Shown: positions 59,449 to 64,000 of the stretch, piece by piece
Numbering within the stretch: position 1 is the stretch's first letter
How the letters are laid out: each line of letters opens with the position of its first letter
Source: an uncultured Planctomycetia bacterium
GTDB lineage: Bacteria; Omnitrophota; Gorgyraeia; B26-G9
Assembly: GCA_964437495.1 (NCBI GenBank)
Contig: CAYTGV010000001.1
Span: forward strand, 28,552-92,551
Length of the DNA stretch: 64,000 bases
Direction of reading: 5' to 3'
The notes under the pieces: model-generated
What the model saw: only the letters and a program-made list of their open reading frames with translations
Databases searched by the model: none
What the model was told of the DNA's origin: nothing
Position numbers and translations under genes: made by a program

Positions 59449-61044
59449 ATGAAAAACAAAACAAGGACACAAGTCATAATATTTTTATCTGCTTTAATTT
59501 TATTTCATTTGGCAGTAAATTGCTTGTGGCATAGCAGCAATAAAATGCCTCAAGGCAAAGGTGCTTTTGAGCATTTAAATAAAACAGCTAATATGCTCCG
59601 CATATTTGAGGGAGATTTGAAGCCACATTTCTACAGTCAAAACCATTCCTATGTATATAATATAATATTCCTCACAAAAAAATGGCCCCCTTTTTATTAT
59701 TTTAGCGGATTATTGTTTTACATATTATTATTTCCTCTAGTAGGAATGGCCTCGATATATGCAGCTTCTAGTTTTTTCTTCGCACTTCTAATAATATTTT
59801 CTTACAAAACAAGCAGGCAAAACTACAATCACAAAATTGGCTTGTTTTCAGCTTTCTTTTGTTCCTTCATCCCTTATATCTCCTATGCAAGCAGACAGTA
59901 TAATTTGGAGATAGCCTCAACAGCTTTTATTTTTATAAGCTACTATTGCTTATTAAAATCAAATAAATTTACAAATAAAAAATTCTCCATTATTGCCGGC
60001 TTATTCGCTGGGATTAGCCTGCTATTCAAATACACCTCGCTGGTTTTCATTTTAAGTTACTTACTACTTACAATACGTCAACTGCTTCAAGATTCCAAAA
60101 AATATGATTTAAAAATCTGGGCGAGAAATTTAGCATTGTTCTCGACGATTACAACCATTATCAGTATGCTCTATTACAGCAACCCTATGGTCATAAAATC
60201 GCTATTTAAACGCGCCCTGCATCCTGACTTTATAAGCACTCAGATAAGCAGAGTTTATTTTTATCTCAATGGAATGGTCTTTGACTTGTTAGGAACAATT
60301 ATAACATCCATATTCCTGGTTTCTTCTGTTATATTTTTAAAAAGAAAAAAGGAAAGAAACATCTTTATTTTTCTTATAGGTATTCCTCTGCTCGTAATCT
60401 CGTCTGTTCCAAAAAGCGACCTGCAAAATCATCTAGACTATCTGATCCCTGTTCTGCCGATAATAGCCATGTTATGTTCTGCGACTTTATTAGGCATAAG
60501 GAAAAAAATAGTTAGGCTGGCCCTCTTAACATTTACTATTACAGTTTTAGTATTTCAATTCTTCGCAGTTTCATTTATTATTCCTGAAGGCAGACCGATT
60601 TTTGCGCATCATGGGTTCAATGATATATCTACCTTCTTCGCTTTTTCACGGCCTCCTATAAAAAAATCACCTTATACAGATGTTGCCGAATACATTTCCA
60701 AGAGCAGCGCAGGAAAAAATATTAAGATCGGCCTTATCTCTGATAGTAGCGATATTTTTGCAGTAATCTTTGAATCTCATATTTTCTTCAGACAAGATAC
60801 CTGGAAAATGATAAATTTTGCTTTAGACAAAAATCGTTTTTATAGACATTTAGATACATATGATTACTTGATCTACTCTTCAGACACCTTGCAGGATTTT
60901 TTAAATAAAGATAAACGGCTGACCACCATAAAAGACCGCTTTAAGTTGAAAAAAGCATATTTTTTCCGATCAACAATCCCCTTTTTCAATTTTGAAGAAA
61001 AAGTATTCCTATTTAAAAATACCTATGATCATAAAATTGATTAA
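59449..61044 (+). CDS. GT-C glycosyltransferase (ArnT/PMT-like)
   Basis: About 12 TMs; WPPFYY, SRQYNLE, LLFKY. Confidence 0.8.
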   Translation: MKNKTRTQVIIFLSALILFHLAVNCLWHSSNKMPQGKGAFEHLNKTANMLRIFEGDLKPHFYSQNHSYVYNIIFLTKKWPPFYYFSGLLFYILLFPLVGMASIYAASSFFFALLIIFSYKTSRQNYNHKIGLFSAFFCSFIPYISYASRQYNLEIASTAFIFISYYCLLKSNKFTNKKFSIIAGLFAGISLLFKYTSLVFILSYLLLTIRQLLQDSKKYDLKIWARNLALFSTITTIISMLYYSNPMVIKSLFKRALHPDFISTQISRVYFYLNGMVFDLLGTIITSIFLVSSVIFLKRKKERNIFIFLIGIPLLVISSVPKSDLQNHLDYLIPVLPIIAMLCSATLLGIRKKIVRLALLTFTITVLVFQFFAVSFIIPEGRPIFAHHGFNDISTFFAFSRPPIKKSPYTDVAEYISKSSAGKNIKIGLISDSSDIFAVIFESHIFFRQDTWKMINFALDKNRFYRHLDTYDYLIYSSDTLQDFLNKDKRLTTIKDRFKLKKAYFFRSTIPFFNFEEKVFLFKNTYDHKID

Positions 61045-61345
61045 AGATCTCCCCCTACAAATTAGCATTGCTGCAGCAGTTTACTAACAGAGAGTTATCT
61101 CCCTTATATGTACAAGACCAATTTTACTATATTTATCCATTAGATAATTCGAAAAATTGGATTAGTCCGCAAAAAGTTTATCAGGGCATAGACAAGGATT
61201 TACTTAAGAAGATGAATATCCCCTGAGATTTTTCCTTGAGAGAAAAGGAAGAGGCTCTTTTAATACATAAATCATTGCTAAGCTCAGGGCAATATTATTA
61301 TTTATACAAGAAATTGTGATAAAAAAAGCTGCGCTTGAAATAAAT

Positions 61346-61373
61346 AAAACCTCACAAAAAATTGTGAGGTTTT
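61346..61373 (-). terminator. Terminator after tRNA-Gly
   Basis: AAAACCTCACAA-AAAA-TTGTGAGGTTTT. Confidence 0.8.
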
Positions 61374-61378
61374 GAATT

Positions 61379-61452
61379 TGGAGCGGGAGAAGGGAATCGA
61401 ACCCTCGTAACCAGCTTGGAAGGCTAGTGTTCTACCACTGAACTACTCCCGC
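61379..61452 (-). tRNA. tRNA-Gly(TCC)
   Basis: GCGGGAGTAGTTCAGTGGTAGAAC..CTTCCAA..GGTTCGATTCC..CCCGCTCCA. Confidence 0.97.
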
Positions 61453-61489
61453 GTAATCTTTACATATCAAAAAATTCGATATTTCACAG

Positions 61490-61722
61490 CTTGACAAATG
61501 AGACCACAATTTACGGAGTGAAACGAACGAAAATTGTCTGGTCGAATTTGATCCCACCTACGCTTTCTTCTGTACCTTTATGGAGCTCAGCTACGGCGGG
61601 CACGCCCGCCATTTAACTGTTCATTCTTAAGGATAGCCTGCCATCTGCCACTTTGTTTCTACAAAGCAATTTTTATAGATGGCCTGCCATCCATAGCTTT
61701 GGTTTACCAAAGCGAAGGATGG
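61490..61722. repeat. Cluster of REP-like palindromic units in the tRNA spacer
   Basis: Two copies of GATRGCCTGCCATC..CTTTG..CAAAGC; CCTACGCT..AGCTACGGCGGGCA; GGCGGGCACGCCCGCC; GACCACAATTT..AAATTGTCTGGTC. Confidence 0.65.
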
Positions 61723-61803
61723 TGGGCAGGATAGGATTTGAACCTATGTAGGCGTCGCCGGCAGATTTACAGTCTGCTGCCATTTCCACTCGGCCACCTG
61801 CCC
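61720..61803 (-). tRNA. tRNA-Tyr(GTA)
   Basis: GGGCAGGTGGCCGAGTGG..CTGTAAA..long variable arm..GGTTCAAATCC..CCCACCA. Confidence 0.96.
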
Positions 61804-61804
61804 A

Positions 61805-61888
61805 ATAAAAGTATAAAGTAAAAAGGTAAAAGTAAAAGGTTAACAATTTTGCCGCTTTTGCCTTTTTCCTTTTGCCTTTTTACTTACA
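61805..61888. repeat. Short tandem repeats arranged as an inverted pair
   Basis: (GTAAAAAG/GTAAAA)n followed by (CTTTTGC/CTTTTT)n, able to form one long hairpin. Confidence 0.7.
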
Positions 61889-61891
61889 AAA

Positions 61892-61966
61892 TGGAGCTGG
61901 CGAGAGGAATCGAACCCCCAACCAGCTGATTACAAATCAGCTGCTCTACCGTTGAGCCACGCCAGC
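61892..61966 (-). tRNA. tRNA-Thr(TGT)
   Basis: GCTGGCGTGGCTCAACGGTAGAGC..TTTGTAA..GGTTCGATTCC..CCAGCTCCA. Confidence 0.97.
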
Positions 61967-61973
61967 AAAATCT

Positions 61974-62846
61974 CTATTTATTACCGCTTATTTTCTTTAA
62001 AACAAACGGTAGTATATTTAATATATCAGTGGCCAGTAAACTTAATTGGCCTGTATGTTTTACTGCCTCATCCCCAGCCATTCCATGTACATATACAGCT
62101 AATTTTACCGCATCAAATACATTTGGTGATTGACCTAAAAAAGCAGCTGTAATCCCTGTAAGCACATCCCCGCTGCCTCCCTTAGCCATACCGGGATTTC
62201 CTGTATTGTTTTCAAAGACTTCACCACTTGAATCTGCCACTACTGTTCTGTGGCCTTTTAATACAGTTACAATATTATACATACCTGAAAACTCTTTTGC
62301 AAGCATTCTTCGATTTTTCTGCACATAGCTTGTTTTTCTGTCTAAAATACGGCCCATTTCACCTGGATGGGGGGTGATCACTGTCAAGGCCCTGCGATTT
62401 TTTAAAATGTCCATATAACCCACAAGAGCATTCAATGCGTCTGCATCTATGACCATGGGAATATTTATACTACTTATGATCTTTCTTATAAGAGCCTGCG
62501 TTGACTTATTCCTTGATAGGCCAGGGCCGATAGCCAATACATCCTTATCTTTAGCAAATCTCCTTATTTGCGAAAAAGACTTTAAGGCCAGGCTACCTTG
62601 GCTTGTTTCCGGTAATGGCAAGGTCATTGCTTCTGTAAGTTTTCGGCTTACTATTGAATACTGGCTTTGAGCAATGCCAAGCGTCACCAACCCTGCCCCG
62701 CTAAGCAATGCACCTTTTGCGCATAAGACAGCTGCACCGGTCAATCCCTTTGATCCGGCTATAATAAAAATATGCCCAAAATTACCTTTATGGACATCTT
62801 TTTTTCTTTTTAAAAATTCCGTATTAAGACCCTTTTTACTTTTCAT
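61974..62846 (-). CDS. nnrD: ADP-dependent NAD(P)H-hydrate dehydratase
   Basis: HKGNFG, GPGL, DADAL, TPHPGEM, GGSGDVL. Confidence 0.94.
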   Translation of the reverse strand: MKSKKGLNTEFLKRKKDVHKGNFGHIFIIAGSKGLTGAAVLCAKGALLSGAGLVTLGIAQSQYSIVSRKLTEAMTLPLPETSQGSLALKSFSQIRRFAKDKDVLAIGPGLSRNKSTQALIRKIISSINIPMVIDADALNALVGYMDILKNRRALTVITPHPGEMGRILDRKTSYVQKNRRMLAKEFSGMYNIVTVLKGHRTVVADSSGEVFENNTGNPGMAKGGSGDVLTGITAAFLGQSPNVFDAVKLAVYVHGMAGDEAVKHTGQLSLLATDILNILPFVLKKISGNK

Positions 62847-63222
62847 TTTTCCCGACTAAAATAGCCATTGCCTGTGCATAATTACGGGTATGCGACATGC
62901 TTACACAGATTTCACTGATATTCTTCTTTTTTCTTAATTTCTCCATTGCCCGTTTTAATGTTACAACCGGCCGGCCATGCTTATTGTTTATAATCTCTAC
63001 ATCCCTAAGGTTAACAATTGAAAAACCATCACCAAATGCTTTTAATACCGCTTCTTTCGCGGCAAATCTCGCAGCCAGATGCTCACAATAGAATTTCCGG
63101 CTCATAGAATAATTTATTTCCTGCTCTGTGAATATTCTTTTAAGAAATGAATCCTTCCATTTTTTAATAGCATTCTTCATTCTTTTTGTTTCGATGATAT
63201 CAGTCCCACAACTTATAAACAT
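62836..63222 (-). CDS. acpS: Holo-ACP synthase
   Basis: GTDI, RFAAKEA..KA, GRP, SMSH. Confidence 0.95.
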   Translation of the reverse strand: MFISCGTDIIETKRMKNAIKKWKDSFLKRIFTEQEINYSMSRKFYCEHLAARFAAKEAVLKAFGDGFSIVNLRDVEIINNKHGRPVVTLKRAMEKLRKKKNISEICVSMSHTRNYAQAMAILVGKNEK

Positions 63223-63237
63223 CTTAATTCCTTTGAT

Positions 63238-63969
63238 TTACCCGATTTGAGCACTAGCTATAATTACTTTCATTTCAGATACCGCCTGATATAATCCCAC
63301 CAGCACCGCTCTTGATATTATTGAATGTCCAATATTAAGTTCTTCTATCTCTGGAATAGCCTCGATTATAGACCTTGTATTTAAATATGTTAAACCGTGT
63401 CCGGCATTAACTCCCAACCCAATCTCTTTTGCAAAAGATGCTGCCTTGGCCAGTCTGTCCAACTGTTTTTTAACCGCTTTTGAAGCCACTGCATTGGCAA
63501 AGGCACCTGTATGCAATTCAATAAAATCCGCTCCGATATTTTTTGCAGCTTCTATCTGCTTCTTCTCAGGTTCGATAAATAAGCTTACAATAATATTTTT
63601 TTCTTTTAGGCGTTCTATAACACTTTTTATCCTGCCCTGTTTGCCTGATACGTCCAAGCCCCCTTCAGTAGTAACTTCCTGCCGCTTTTCCGGGACTAAA
63701 GTTGCCTGTTCAGGCTTAATTTTTCTTGCAATAGTTACAATTTCAGGAGCAATAGACATTTCCAGATTTAGCCGTGTACGCAAACTCTTACGCAATAAAC
63801 GAACATCCCGATCATTAACATGACGCCTGTCCTCCCGGAGATGAACTGTTATCCCATCTGCCCCGGCATTCTCTACAATAGCTGCTGCCTCTAAAGGGTC
63901 AGGCTCTATTGTCTGCCTTGCCTGTCTAAGGGTAGCCACATGGTCAATGTTTACGCTAAGCTTTATCAT
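63238..63969 (-). CDS. pdxJ: Pyridoxine 5'-phosphate synthase
   Basis: [34 protein letters not shown]. Confidence 0.97.
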   Translation of the reverse strand: MIKLSVNIDHVATLRQARQTIEPDPLEAAAIVENAGADGITVHLREDRRHVNDRDVRLLRKSLRTRLNLEMSIAPEIVTIARKIKPEQATLVPEKRQEVTTEGGLDVSGKQGRIKSVIERLKEKNIIVSLFIEPEKKQIEAAKNIGADFIELHTGAFANAVASKAVKKQLDRLAKAASFAKEIGLGVNAGHGLTYLNTRSIIEAIPEIEELNIGHSIISRAVLVGLYQAVSEMKVIIASAQIG

Positions 63970-64000
63970 TTTGGGACTCCTAGCTCATTCTCTATAACCT

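Noticed and set aside
61490-61888. CRISPR array or prophage attachment site near the tRNAs
   Set aside because: No regular repeat-spacer period, no cas or integrase gene, and no duplicated tRNA 3' end seen.

Overview
AT-rich bacterial chromosomal window, gene-dense and mostly on the minus strand. Gene content and protein style suggest an anaerobe of the PVC group, most likely Ca. Omnitrophota (inference). From left to right it holds: an MMPL / LolA-like / outer-membrane-protein operon; a PerR/Fur-led oxygen-defence operon (FNR-like reductase, rubrerythrin, superoxide reductase, thioredoxin, rubredoxin, FprA) whose distal genes carry nonsense stops; a 1012-aa signal-peptide-bearing glucan phosphorylase/glycogen synthase-like protein; rpmB; feoAB; a mixed haem/cytochrome-c-biogenesis and signalling run; housekeeping genes; a divergent SecY paralogue in an operon with a PilGHI-like ABC/TPR module; csrA-fliW facing a small ORF whose leader has two CsrA-type GGA hairpins; tRNA-Thr/Tyr/Gly; nnrD, acpS and pdxJ. 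The strongest leads are the non-canonical SecY operon, the csrA-fliW module with no flagellin nearby and a candidate target, the apparently exported phosphorylase-like protein lacking the PLP lysine, and a 123-bp palindromic element inserted in frame into a signal peptide. All family assignments come from motif recognition by eye; no searches were run.
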